Of a stretch of 64,000 nucleotides of DNA, positions 24,805-36,700 are shown one piece after another. Location of the stretch: contig JBHGNT010000020.1 in NCBI GenBank assembly GCA_043228905.1, forward strand, positions 14,260,001 to 14,324,000, written 5' to 3'. This DNA comes from Azolla caroliniana (lineage: Eukaryota > Plantae > Polypodiophyta). Each line of letters opens with the position of its first letter. The first letter of the stretch is position 1. The notes beneath the pieces are model-generated. The model worked only from the letters and a program-made list of their open reading frames with translations. It did not search any database and had not been told where the DNA came from. Position numbers and translations under genes: made by a program.

Positions 24805-27800
24805 TTGTTGGGGGGTCTTCAACAAATCTCTCTAGAGAAGCAACAAACGCAACAACAACACGGAGAGTTGGCTTTACATTGTCGTGCCTTTCGGCGTCGG
24901 ATCGTTGCGTGAGTTGGGTGGGAACCACTAGGGTTTTGAACTAGGAGAGGAAGAATACGAGATAAGTGTAGTTATGAATAGGTTGTAAGAAAGGAAGATA
25001 TGAAAATCATGAATCGCACGAGTATAACGTATTATTTAATGTTTTAGGAAAGAATATGAATTTAGATTACAAGAGAGAAATAGATGAAAAAATCGTGAAA
25101 TCCCCACGAATATAATATATTAATCAAACCTTCAAAAAATCCAAACTCCCTATATACATCTTTCTCTCTTCCTTATATAGTGATGTGAGAGTCTTTACAA
25201 TCCATGCTTTTTCTCTAACTATAGACTCCATGCTTTTTCTGTCAATAGATTATATGCTTTCTCTAACATGCTTTTTCTAAAAGTGGTCATGCGTTTTTTT
25301 TATCTAACTATAGCTTTTTTATCTAGAAAATATACGTGAAATAACCTTTCTATTTGGGATATCTACTTTTTAACACTTATGATATGTTAGTGTAATGGTT
25401 TTTACATTATAAACATGGAGGTACAAGGTTCGAATCTTGCCCTATGCATGTAATATATATATATATATTTTCTTCTATTTCTTCATATTTACGGAATCTA
25501 GCACTATATACGTTTTTCACATTGTGTACGAAATACACTACGACACTCGCCCCCTCTGAACCTGCACATCCTCCGGTATGTGCTGAAGTTTCTGGTACTT
25601 GTTATTCTCCTTCTTCCGTAGTATCCTCAATCTCTTCCCCTATGTCAATGATTAATTCTAGCCCACTTTATTTGCTTCCCTAACCTTCGTAACTCTTGTC
25701 TGATTGCTCCTTTATATCAGTGTTGTCAAAACTAACATAGGGTTCGGTGTTACTTCGCTTCTTGAAAATCTTCACTCGTTTCCTTGCTATAGGTACCCAT
25801 ACTACTGCCCCATCCAAGTCACATAATTGGTAGGTTCCATTGTCAAAAACTTTCCGAACTTCGTATGGTCCGAACCACCTTTTAGCAAATTTCCAAATCG
25901 TTGTGTGTTGATGATCCAAACTACTGTCATAGACTATCACTCAATCTCCTTCTTCAATCTTCCGTGGTCTTAGACGGTGCTTTCTGTCGAATCGACTTTT
26001 GTTCCGGAACTGTGCTTCTTGTTGTCGGCGTATCGCTTTCGCTACGTCTTCCGATCTCCCTTCTAGCTGTCGTATCCAGATCACTAGTAGTTCTTCCCGT
26101 CTCATCTCTTCCTTCCATAGTAGCAACTTCAATGTTGCAATTGCGGTTTTTGTAGGCATTACCAGAGCTTGTCTGGTTATAAGTTCTGTTGGCATATAAC
26201 TGGTCACGGAACTATGCGTTGTGCGATCCGCCCATAGTGCATATGGAAACATCTGTGGCCAATTCTTCACCCTTCCGTCGCATGCCTTCACAAGTGCTTT
26301 CACGATTGGACTATGTCCTCGTTCGATCTTCCCGTTGGCTTCCGGATTGTATGTTGTGGTTAGTGTTAACCGTACTCCATGTTTAGCAAAGAATTCTCTA
26401 GCTTTATCAAAGTCAAGTTCTCCCTGATGCGTAATCACTTGTCCTACGCACCCGTACTTGCAGAACACTTCTTCCAAGAGAAATTGGCATACTATGGAAC
26501 ATGTTTTCCTCCGTAGCGCCCGACCTTCTACTTGGTTTGTCAGATATTCCCGAGCTAATACCAAGTACTTCTTATGTCCGATCCGGGTTGGTATGGCCAC
26601 AATGTTGACCATCCATTTGAAGTTGATTGTCATTGAGAATGTCAGATGTAATTCATCTTGGTGTCGATCTCCGGACTTGTAGATTTGGTATTTTTCACAG
26701 CTTACCGTGAACTCCGCTACATCTTTATACATATTCTTCCACCAATATTTTTGCTTGATCTTCGCAAATGTTGCCCATGTTCCCCGATGTCCAGCCCAAT
26801 CGGATTCGTGAAATTCGGATATTATTCGATCTCGTTGCTCTTTTGTTCTGACTACCCGCAGTGGTATGCCATCCGGTCTTTTTGGCTCCCTCCAGATTAA
26901 TCCATTGTTCAAGAAGAACTTCCGGACTTGCCGCTTCTTACTTCAAATCTCGGCTCTCTTTTCCATATTGTCTGATGATTCCTCGATTTCTTGAAGCACC
27001 TTCCCGATCATTAGGCTTTCTCCCTCGTATTCGGTTTCCCGAAATTCTCGGATTACGTTCACTCGACATATGTGCTCTGAAGTAAAGTAGTTTTCGGAAA
27101 CTTCTTCATTATTGGATTCGGCTATGTCATCTCCAAACCGTGCCCTTGATAGCATATCCGCTACCGCGTTGTCTTTTTCGGATATGTGTCGCACGTTTGG
27201 ATTAAGCGACTTTACATATGCAATCCATCTTAGCATAGCCATATCCGGTATCGTACAACACCGCATCATCCCGAGTATCAAAAGATAATCTGTTTCAATC
27301 ACTACATCGACTTTGATTAAATAGTCCCGATCTGATTTTATCGCATAATTCTCTCTTAACTTGTGCATATCCGCGTTGTCTTTCGTTGAGAACCTTTGCT
27401 CCAAATCGGATCGGATATCGCAAACCATCCGAGTCGACTTTGTTGATGACCCATCCGATCCTGGTTGGACTTGTATCAACCGTCACTATGATCGATCGGT
27501 CATAGTTTGGCTTCTTAAGTGCTTTTGCCCTCTGTAGTGTTTTCTTGAGCTTCTTCATGGCTTTGGTATGTTAGGGCCTCCATTCGAACTTCTTACCCTT
27601 CCGCAACAAGTGATAGTGTGGGTTTGCAATGTTGGCATAAAAGGCCAACTCCTTCCAAATTGTATCCGTCCGAGTGTGAACTCGTTATTAAGTTAGGGCT
27701 TAGTATATAAGCGAATACCTAACATTGTAATGAGTGACGAGACGATGACGAGCAAAGTATCGTATCTTTGAGAAAGAATGAAGTAATAAGAAGCTTTCCA

Positions 27801-28319
27801 TTAAAGCTCCACCTGTGTAAGTCTCCACGCCTATTCAATTTTCTGTATGTGTTGTTTGCTGTCCAATACTGACTACAGATCCATACACGTTTCCGCACAT
27901 AGCACTCGTACCCCACAACTGGTATTAGAGCCAAATCTTTACTGTTCGGCGGCAACAGACAACAAAAGAATTTGAAAGAAAAGACTAGGTCAGAAATCTC
28001 AAGTTCACAAACAGAATATGGCTTCAACATCCGGAACAGGAGTTGAAATCAGAAAATTCGACGGCAAAAACTTTGCCTTGTGGAAGGAGATGATGCAGGA
28101 TGTGATGATCATTCGAAGATAGGTTGAAGCCATTCGGCACATCGGAAAACCTGCTTCAATGACAGCTGAGGAGTGGAGATCAATGGACGAAATCGCACGC
28201 TCCACCATCTGAATGCATCTGGCCAAAAACGTCTATTTCAACATGGTGAAAGAGACACAACGTTCTCATTGCGGGAGAAGCAACATGTTGTCTATGAGAA
28301 GAAGTCCTCATCTTCAAAA

Positions 28320-28355
28320 AACACGTTCGCGTTCACAAGTGGAAGGATCGCGCAT
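28320..28355 (+). repeat. Left TIR of the DNA transposon
   Basis: AACACGTTCGCGTTCACAAGTGGAAGGATCGCGCAT. Confidence 0.95.
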
Positions 28356-28677
28356 AAATGGAAGGATAAGGGAAATTTTAGGGGTTTTTCAATGATTTTA
28401 CAAAACACATTGATACCAGTATCATACAAGTTCAAACATACTATGAAAAAGGTTAAAAATCCACTATTTTCGTGATTTAGAAGTAACTAAAAAAAGACGA
28501 ATTTCAAAAACATACATTCTCAATTTATATCACAAACTTTACAACCAATGTTATTTTATAAGAAACGATTTTTGGGAAATCATAAGAATTCAAAACACAT
28601 GATTTTATATTACTCGATTTGTTACAAGCGGAATGTAGTTACACTTAATAGCCAAATATACATTCATGATCACTCCT

Positions 28678-31458
28678 TTACGGAGAATCACTACTATAAC
28701 TAATATACAATGACGATTCCTCCTCATCATCCTCGGATGTACCAATCAGTGCATTATCTTCGTCATAAACCAAATGGTTTGACTCTAGATTATATGTAGC
28801 AGATCTCGTTTGCCTTTGACTCGAGCCACCTTGTAGACCTGGTAATTTTTCTTTTATTATATCTATTGTTGACTTCCTTAATCGTCCGGCTTTTGTAAGT
28901 GTGAAGTCGTACACGATGATATCCACATCAGAGATATCAAGGGTCGAGGTGTTACGAATGTTTCGCTTCCTCTTCCTACCTCCCCTTCTTGTTTGGCATT
29001 CAATCATCTCCAATGTATACTTACCTGTAAAAGCATTTGCACTTCTAGTGTTGTACCAATGAACATTTATAGACTTGATCGTGTTTTCTATTTCATGCAT
29101 TAGCACTTCTAGAATTTTACCAACCCAAAATTGGTGGCCATGTGAGTTCTCATCAGCCGGCGTTGCAATCAACATCCCCGCGGTGAGCTCTTGCAAATTT
29201 CCTTGCCATCTAGCTTCGGCTGCTTTGGTCATCCTTGGTCCCACATAAATGTCTCTTTGTTGTGGATGGACCAAGCTGTCATTAATCGCATTTACTAGTC
29301 GCTCCGGACTTCTATTTACGCGATCATGTTGCAGCGACCATGTGAATGGCGTTTCCAAATTCCAATTATCAACAGATATACAATTGTCTATAATTTCTTT
29401 CTGATCACTATAAAATACATCCCACCATGACGTGTCTTGTTGTGCGGCATATTTCTTGGCGGCCTCAATATGCTTTCTTTTTTCTTCTAAGGCTTGGAGC
29501 CATGACCGTTTTTGTTCTGATACCAAGTCGCTCTGCAACTGTCCTTTCTTCTCAATTGGCATTTGCTTAGCTCCATGGACAATTGTACTCGGCATACAAA
29601 GTAATAACTGGCAACCACCTTCAGGTTCCCATGTTGTAGAAGATGAATATTGTTTAGCATACAAAACTGTAGAACCACTTATTCCATTTTTCTTTATCAA
29701 AAAAATGTGATTGAAACTTATATTGTTTAACTGAGCAAGCACTTTAACATTCCCACCACCCCCATCTAATATATATCTCTTAAAGTCATATACCTCCTTC
29801 AAGTGTAACACTTTTGGGCGTGGTGTATATGCATCACAAATGACATCAAATAGTTTAGGTAAAGTGAAAGCATCATGCCGAGACAACTGTCTGGAAAATG
29901 TGCTAAACATCTGATCTATATGGTCATGTGTGTGGCCAACCAAAAGGAAATTGACTTTCACTTTCCTAAACAATTCTAGGTTGACCAACATACTTAGATA
30001 GCCAAATACAGTTGAATTTTTGTTCTCTCTAGCAGTATTGTCCAATTGAATGTATAGAACAGGGGGGAAAGGTTGTCCCCAAGACATCAAAACTCGGTGA
30101 ATCACTGTAACTGTTAGGTTAGGGTCATTGTGAACATTGGGGTAAGTAATGAAGACGTGAGGTCGAACAAACCTATTATAAGCCAAGCATCCCACCAAGT
30201 GCATTTGAACAAGGCACTCATCATTGACATCTTTGGGGAGCCTCCGCATATGCGGCAAGCATGTCTTCTTCTGGTCCATGCCATCTATCATTAAGCACAT
30301 GTATTGTTCAGGCCTCTTCAAACACTTCTCTCTATGATGCATCGCCTTCCTTCGTTCTAAGGATTGTGCCTCACGATGCTCTTGTAGTAACTTCTTACTC
30401 GTATCCTTTTCCATTGATGTCTTTGCACCTTTAGCCAAACTTTTTAGATTTGCACAAATGGAGCAATACCCCATACGTACTTTACGAGGAATAATAACAT
30501 TTGAAAACTGAGCTCTCCATAATCTTGTGAATTGGCTATAGGTGATAGACTTATTACGTGAGCCCAACATTTCAGATCGATAGACATCATAAACTTCCCG
30601 ACGGGTATAATTATCAGAAAGATGCATCCTACCTGTAGTGGGCATTACTTCACAATTTAACTGAAAGTAAGTTTTCATCCAGCCAATAGCTAGTCTTCCA
30701 ATTGCACCTTTCATACTTGGAACCTCTTTACAATTGAGCATCTGATCCCCGCTAAGTAGACGTTGTTGTACTCTATGTAGCCGCATGTTACTAACACATA
30801 ACGCAATTTTGAATGCAACTCTACATATCTGTTGCGCATGGAAGATATAATACTTGAATGATACTTTGATCCCCGTACATTTGTCAGATACTAGTTGCAT
30901 ATGTGATCCGAGGTAAGTGTCTTGCTCATCACCGGTCATCGAAAAATAGTATCGCCTTAATTCTCGCAACTTTGATTTTCCAATCATAGACATACAACCA
31001 CGGGCACAACATATTTTGTTGACATCAAATCCAATCTGTTTATCTGATGTCACCAAGCTAAATCTAGCCAGACGAATTCTTCGTGGGATTCTTCTAATAT
31101 GCATAGGGCTCCCAGATTTCTCTTCCTGCATAGAGGTTGGTGTAACCTTGTTACAGTCTAATTCTCTGTTCTGACCATCGCCAATGTTATTCAATGTTTC
31201 CTGGGCACTTCCTTCATTCTCGGTATCTTTATTAATATCGTATTCTTCAATAGAGAACTCTTCACATATGTCATTATTTACATTCCCTGTAGATGAGCTC
31301 AGACAATATTCTTCGATAGAATATGGTGAGTCGGTCGAAAGACAATATTCTTCAATCGAATATGGTGACTCTGTTGACAAACAATACTCTTCAGTAGAAA
31401 ACGATGGGTCTGATGACAAACAATATTCTTCAATCGAGAACGGTGAATCTTCACTCAT
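28678..31458 (-). CDS. 926-aa intronless transposase, Sola-like DDD type
   Basis: Uninterrupted ORF between the TIRs. RNase H-fold motifs CLMIDGMD, LYIQLDNTARENKN and FLLVGHTHDHIDQMFS, with Cys/His clusters upstream (CCARGC, ICRVAF, CSICANL). A 4-bp AT-rich TSD fits Sola. Superfamily assigned from motif recall. Confidence 0.85.
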   Translation of the reverse strand: MSEDSPFSIEEYCLSSDPSFSTEEYCLSTESPYSIEEYCLSTDSPYSIEEYCLSSSTGNVNNDICEEFSIEEYDINKDTENEGSAQETLNNIGDGQNRELDCNKVTPTSMQEEKSGSPMHIRRIPRRIRLARFSLVTSDKQIGFDVNKICCARGCMSMIGKSKLRELRRYYFSMTGDEQDTYLGSHMQLVSDKCTGIKVSFKYYIFHAQQICRVAFKIALCVSNMRLHRVQQRLLSGDQMLNCKEVPSMKGAIGRLAIGWMKTYFQLNCEVMPTTGRMHLSDNYTRREVYDVYRSEMLGSRNKSITYSQFTRLWRAQFSNVIIPRKVRMGYCSICANLKSLAKGAKTSMEKDTSKKLLQEHREAQSLERRKAMHHREKCLKRPEQYMCLMIDGMDQKKTCLPHMRRLPKDVNDECLVQMHLVGCLAYNRFVRPHVFITYPNVHNDPNLTVTVIHRVLMSWGQPFPPVLYIQLDNTARENKNSTVFGYLSMLVNLELFRKVKVNFLLVGHTHDHIDQMFSTFSRQLSRHDAFTLPKLFDVICDAYTPRPKVLHLKEVYDFKRYILDGGGGNVKVLAQLNNISFNHIFLIKKNGISGSTVLYAKQYSSSTTWEPEGGCQLLLCMPSTIVHGAKQMPIEKKGQLQSDLVSEQKRSWLQALEEKRKHIEAAKKYAAQQDTSWWDVFYSDQKEIIDNCISVDNWNLETPFTWSLQHDRVNRSPERLVNAINDSLVHPQQRDIYVGPRMTKAAEARWQGNLQELTAGMLIATPADENSHGHQFWVGKILEVLMHEIENTIKSINVHWYNTRSANAFTGKYTLEMIECQTRRGGRKRKRNIRNTSTLDISDVDIIVYDFTLTKAGRLRKSTIDIIKEKLPGLQGGSSQRQTRSATYNLESNHLVYDEDNALIGTSEDDEEESSLYISYSSDSP

Positions 31459-32129
31459 GGCTTAAGGTCTAGAAAGGGCTCTCTAAGTTATACTCCTCTC
31501 TAACCATATACTCCTCCCTAAACATAAACTTCTCTCTAAACAAGAGCCAAATCAATAGAATGTCTATATTATGTAATATTCTATTAATACAATACATCTA
31601 AAAACTATTTTTAATAAAGTAATTTAACTTAAATTATCAATCATTATATAAACTAGATCTAAATGATGTTAAATCAAGTAAAATATAAAACTAATCATTA
31701 ACAAGCCTTGAATATGTTGGATTAATGTTAAAATCACTGGCTAATTAATGACACCCATTTTGATATAGAACGTCTCACTCATTGGTTCTTTAATGCTCAC
31801 CATTTTAAATATTAGACTTATCAATCATTGGTTAATTCATGCCCACATATTTAATACATAACATTTGAGAGTCATAAAAATTGTTGCTTTTAGTAATCAA
31901 TCATTGGTACATTCATGAACCTTTATCATTGTCTCCTTCATAACCTTTGAAGTGATTGTAGGTTGTTATGACTATAAAAGATTGATCAATATGTTAGTTT
32001 GACTTTGTAATCATTAATACAATCATAAGTTACTCTAGTTAATGTGACTATGGTTACCAACTAACTATACTCAAAGTTACCAACATTGGTTAAGGTGACT
32101 ATGGTTACTTTAACCATGGGTTCAATCCC

Positions 32130-32137
32130 TATAAATA
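32130..32137 (+). promoter_or_regulatory. TATA box of the ParB-methyltransferase gene
   Basis: CCCTATAAATAGG about 150 bp upstream of the ATG at 32281, followed by a TCAC initiator-like site near 32157-32162. Confidence 0.65.
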
Positions 32138-32365
32138 GGAAGACCTCATCATATTTCACTCACCAGAGCGTACAGAGCGTACAGAGCACACAGAACGCAG
32201 AGAGCACACAGAGCACACAAAGCACCCAGAGCACAAAGCACGAAAGCGCGATCTCCGCCTCCACTTCAACACGATCAACCATGTCTTCAAAGAGAATCGA
32301 GCGCGAGGACTCCAGGTAGGCCTCTGACACTGTGGACATTTTTGTAAATATGTTTCGTTTCTCAA

Positions 32366-32739
32366 GAACTCGATACACCGTATCGAGTTCATGTTTAAAG
32401 TGTAGGTTTTAAACACGAACTCGATACGCCGTATCGAGTTCGTATATAAATATTTGTATTGTATACATGAACTCGATACGGCGTATCGAGTTCGTGTTTA
32501 AAGTGTAGGTTTTAAACACGAACTCGATACGCCGTATCGAGTTCGTGTTTAAAGTGTAGGTTTTAAACACGAACTCGATACGCCGTATCGAGTTCGTGTT
32601 TAAAGTGTAGGTTTTAAACACGAACTCGATACGCCGTATCGAGTTCGTGTTTAAAGTGTAGGTTTTAAACACGAACGCCGTATCGAGTTCGTGTTTAAAA
32701 CCTACACTTTAAACACGAACTCGATACGCCGTATCGAGT
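32366..32739. repeat. Array of about 8 palindromes (51-bp period, 43-bp perfect inverted repeat) in intron 1
   Basis: TTTAAACACGAACTCGATACG-C-CGTATCGAGTTCGTGTTTAAA plus spacer GTGTAGGT. The spacer is inverted (CCTACAC) before the last copy. Confidence 0.95.
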
Positions 32740-33751
32740 CCCTGTATATAAGAAGGCTTTGAGAGAGAAAAATCGTTTATGGGGTGGAAATGATATCAAA
32801 TTGTCTGGCAAAATCAGTCTTTTTTATGTTGACTTTACTTACTTTTAAAGAAATACATGCTCTAATTATAGGTGTTTTATGACCTACTTTAGCTTAAAAA
32901 AGTAGAAAATGATTTACAAATTGCCTTCACTATGGCAAATTCTCCTCAATATAGGTTTAGAATCTATATAAGTCATACCTACTATTTAAAAGAATATATA
33001 ACCCGTTTTACTTATTACGATATATATTTTCTAGGTTGAATAGCCCTGCCTATAATAGATTTTTGAATATGTTACTGCTCCTGGAAACTGTTCTTCATTA
33101 TAATATACAACTTCAATCTACGTGACTGTCTAACTTATGTTTTTGCATATACTTTCTTAAATAGGTCGTTTGAGAACCTGTCGGACCGACCCATGAAGAA
33201 AATTAAGCTTCGCATACAAGGTTCTCCAATCGAAGCCCAGACCAAGGTAACTCCTGAGACCATGAAGAGAGGAAAAAAGCTTCTCTTTAACGAAGAGACA
33301 AAATCTCAGCCACATAGTGAAGTTAGCCAAAAGAAACTTGTCGCCGCTACTGGAGGCGAAGACCTTCCTGACCGAGATCTAACGGACAAGGAATGGTGTA
33401 TGCAATATGTCGACTCAAAGAAAAAAGTCGTATTGTATACAACAAAGAAGAAGGGTGAGGGGCAGCTTGGAAAAGAAACCCCATTTATGTATGGCCGTAT
33501 TCTACGATTTGACTACGAAGATGCAGATTCGGCCAACATACTGGTAATGATAGAGTGCTCCAAGGGGGTACGTAAAGTGTTCCTTTCAGAAGACCTTTTA
33601 GTAAAGGAATCTTGTGGGCCTGAAGTGTTCAAAAAAGCACTTGATAACTCACAAAACCTGATTGTTACCTTGAGGCCTTATATACAAGGCCATGTAACTC
33701 TAAGAGATGAAGAGCCCTCCCTCTTGAAGGCCACAAAAAAGGTATCCAAAG

Positions 33752-36700
33752 TGTTGGAGACAAGGCCGTGTCGATGCGGAAGATCAAGTAGCATTCGATT
33801 GGGGTTGAGAACCTGCGTATGACAGTTTGCAAGATCGTGCACAGAGACAGAGAGAGAGAGAGAGAGAGGAGGCACAAAAGAGTCTCTATTCACTAGAAAC
33901 AATAATACAACAACCTTACAAAAAGGTTACAAGGTCACTATATATATAGTGACCGACTTAGGGCAACTACCATTTATGCTAATTACACAAATGGCCCAAA
34001 CTTGATCTATACAAAGGGATAGTGTGAATACGTCCATTATACACTTGTATTCGACACTCCCCCGTAATGGGCGTATACATGGGTTATCTAAGATTACAGG
34101 TATAAACCTAGGTTCTCGGACATATCAGTTTTGTTCGAGTTGGCAGGGTCCGAAGGCAGAAGACCGGACTGGTCGGGTCGGAAGAGTTGAAGCCGATCAT
34201 TAAGGAACTGATGTCGGTTGTCTGAAACCATCCTGCGCTGTGTCCGGCTCTAACCGGACTGGTTTGTCGTTACGCCCATCTGATGCCGAAGGGACCGAAA
34301 GCGGTTTGCCGAAAGACACTTGGTCATTCCATCTGCGACATTGTCGGTTGTGGATATTTTCTCTAGACCGATTTTCCCTGAAATGACGCAGTCCCGAACG
34401 AAGTGATATCGAACGTCGATATGTTTGGAGGCGTTGTGGTGAACCAGATTTTTCGACAAGGCAACAGCACCTTGACTGTCGCTATAGACAACTGGGGCCG
34501 AGTCATGGTCGACTTGTCGAAACGTGTGCGCCAGCCGGCCGAGCCACAAAGCTTCTTTTGCAGCGTCGGACGCAGCTACATATTCTGCTTCGGTTGTTGA
34601 GGTCGCTGTGCACTCCTGAAGTTTCGACTTCCACGAAATTGCTCCATTGCCGAATTTGAAGCAGTATCCGGTTGTTGATTTCCGACTGTCTATACAGCCG
34701 GCGAAGTCCGAGTCGGTGTAACCGACTACGCCTGAGGTTGAGTTCGGACCGAAAAGAATGCCGTGATCTTTTGTGCCAGCCAAATATTTGAACACATGCT
34801 TGACTGCGTTCCAATGCGATCGGCCAGGATTGTGCATAAATCTGCTAACGACTCCTACGGCATGAGAGATATCAGGCCGTGTCGTGACCATCAGGTACAT
34901 AAGGGAGCCGACTGCCGGTGCATACGGTACCGACTTCATATCTTCCCCCTCCGGACCGGATGTCGGGCAGTCTCGCTGAGAGAGCCGAAGATTCATGGGG
35001 AGCGGGGTTGAAGCAGATTTGGCTGATTGCATGTTGAAGCGTTCCAAGACACGTCCGATATAGTCGGTCTGAGACAAAAAAAGATGTCGTTTGTCGCGAT
35101 GCCGACTAATCTTCATGCCGAGTATGTGTCGTGCCGGACCGAGGTCCTTCATGGCAAACTTCAACCGCAGTTGCCGAATGAGATCGGCAAGTTCGCCCGC
35201 GTGGCGTCCAGAAATTAGCATGTCGTCCACGTAAATGATGAGGAAGATGGGTGATCCATCTTGAGCTGTGTTGGTAAAAAGACAATGGTCCTCATCGCTT
35301 TTTGAGAAGCCGATCGATTGGATGAAGTCATCGAACTTCTTGTACCATTGTCGCGGTGCCTGTTTGAGGCCGTATAGACTCTTCCTGAGTCGGCAGACTA
35401 GATGTTCTTGGCCAGTTGCCACGAAGCCTTTTGGCTGTTCCATATAAATTTCCTCTTCAAGATCACCATGGAGGAAGGCTGTTTTGACATCTAGCTGAAT
35501 CAGCTCCAAGTTGTCGGCTGCCACTACGCCGAGTAGAAAATGAAGGGTTGTCATTTTCACCACTGGTGAAAAAATCTTGTCGAAGTCGACGCCATATTCT
35601 TGTCGGAAGCCCTTCGCAACTAATCTGGCCTTGTACTTTGGGGTGGTCGAATCAGACGTCTCTTTTAGTCGATAAACCCACTTGCAAGGAAGAGCACGTC
35701 GATGCTTAGGTAGTTCGACCAGATCCCAAGTCTTGTTTGCCCGAATGGAGTGCATTTCCGACTCCATCGCCAGATGCCAGGTGGCTGAATCGACAGATGT
35801 CGATGCTTCTTCGTAAGACGTCGGTTCGCCGGCGTCGGTGAAGAAAATTCCAGGAGAATACCTCTCCGGAGGTTGCGACAGTCTCTCGGATCGTCGAGGT
35901 ATGATTGGACTGGTCGCATCGGGTATCGAGGTCGGATGGTCCGAAAGCGAATTATTCTGCTGTGCCGAGTCAGAGTTGTCCGAGTCGGTGGTGTAAGGTT
36001 CAGCTACCCGTGAAGCTGACCGTGTGTTAAGAGCGGGGCCTTCTTGAAGGGTCGGCACATCGGAAAATGTTACCCTTCGGACTTCGATCGGTTTTTTGAC
36101 TGATGGATTCATAGCCGACTCGTTGAACACAACGTCCGAACTTCGAACGATTTGTCTGCGTTCAGGGTCCCAGAGTCGGTATCCCATTTCGCCGTCTGAT
36201 CCATATCCAAGGAAAATGCATTTCCTGGACCGAGGTGCAAGTTTTCGGCGATCATCTTTCGGAATAAGGGCGTACGCCTCGCATCCGAAGATCCTCAGCT
36301 TGTCGTAATTCGGCTTACTGCCGATCCATAGTTCCTGAGGAATTTGAAGTCCTAGAGGTCTGCTTGGCGACATATTGATTATGTGTACTGCCGTGAGTAG
36401 AGCCTCTGCCCAGAAGCCATTCGACAGTCCGGAGTGTTGGAGCATGGAAACTATCCGTTCTTGGATTGTCCGATTCATGCGTTCTGCAATCCCGTTTTGC
36501 TCCGGACTGTGTGGTGCCGTAAATTCACGTCGGATGCCGCGTTGTCGGCAGAATTTGACGAATTCTTCTGATTTGAACTCTCCCCCATTGTCGGTCCGAA
36601 AGCATTTCAGTTTTCGGTCAGTTTGATTTTCTACCATGGCGAGCCAATCGGAGAAGATCGAGAAGACACGATCTTTGGTGCGAATTGGATAAGCCCACAC

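Noticed and set aside
32409-32672. ORF with FKTYTLNTNSIRRIEFV repeats
   Set aside because: By-product of the 51-bp palindrome array inside an intron.
32366-32739. CRISPR array
   Set aside because: Spacers are identical and only 8 bp, there are no cas genes, and the context is a eukaryotic intron.
33193-33822. Stand-alone 209-aa gene (likewise 39324-39623, 46375-47106, 47524-47871, 48074-48283 and 48358-48690)
   Set aside because: These are pieces of the single ParB-methyltransferase gene; their ORF ends run into LTRs or introns.
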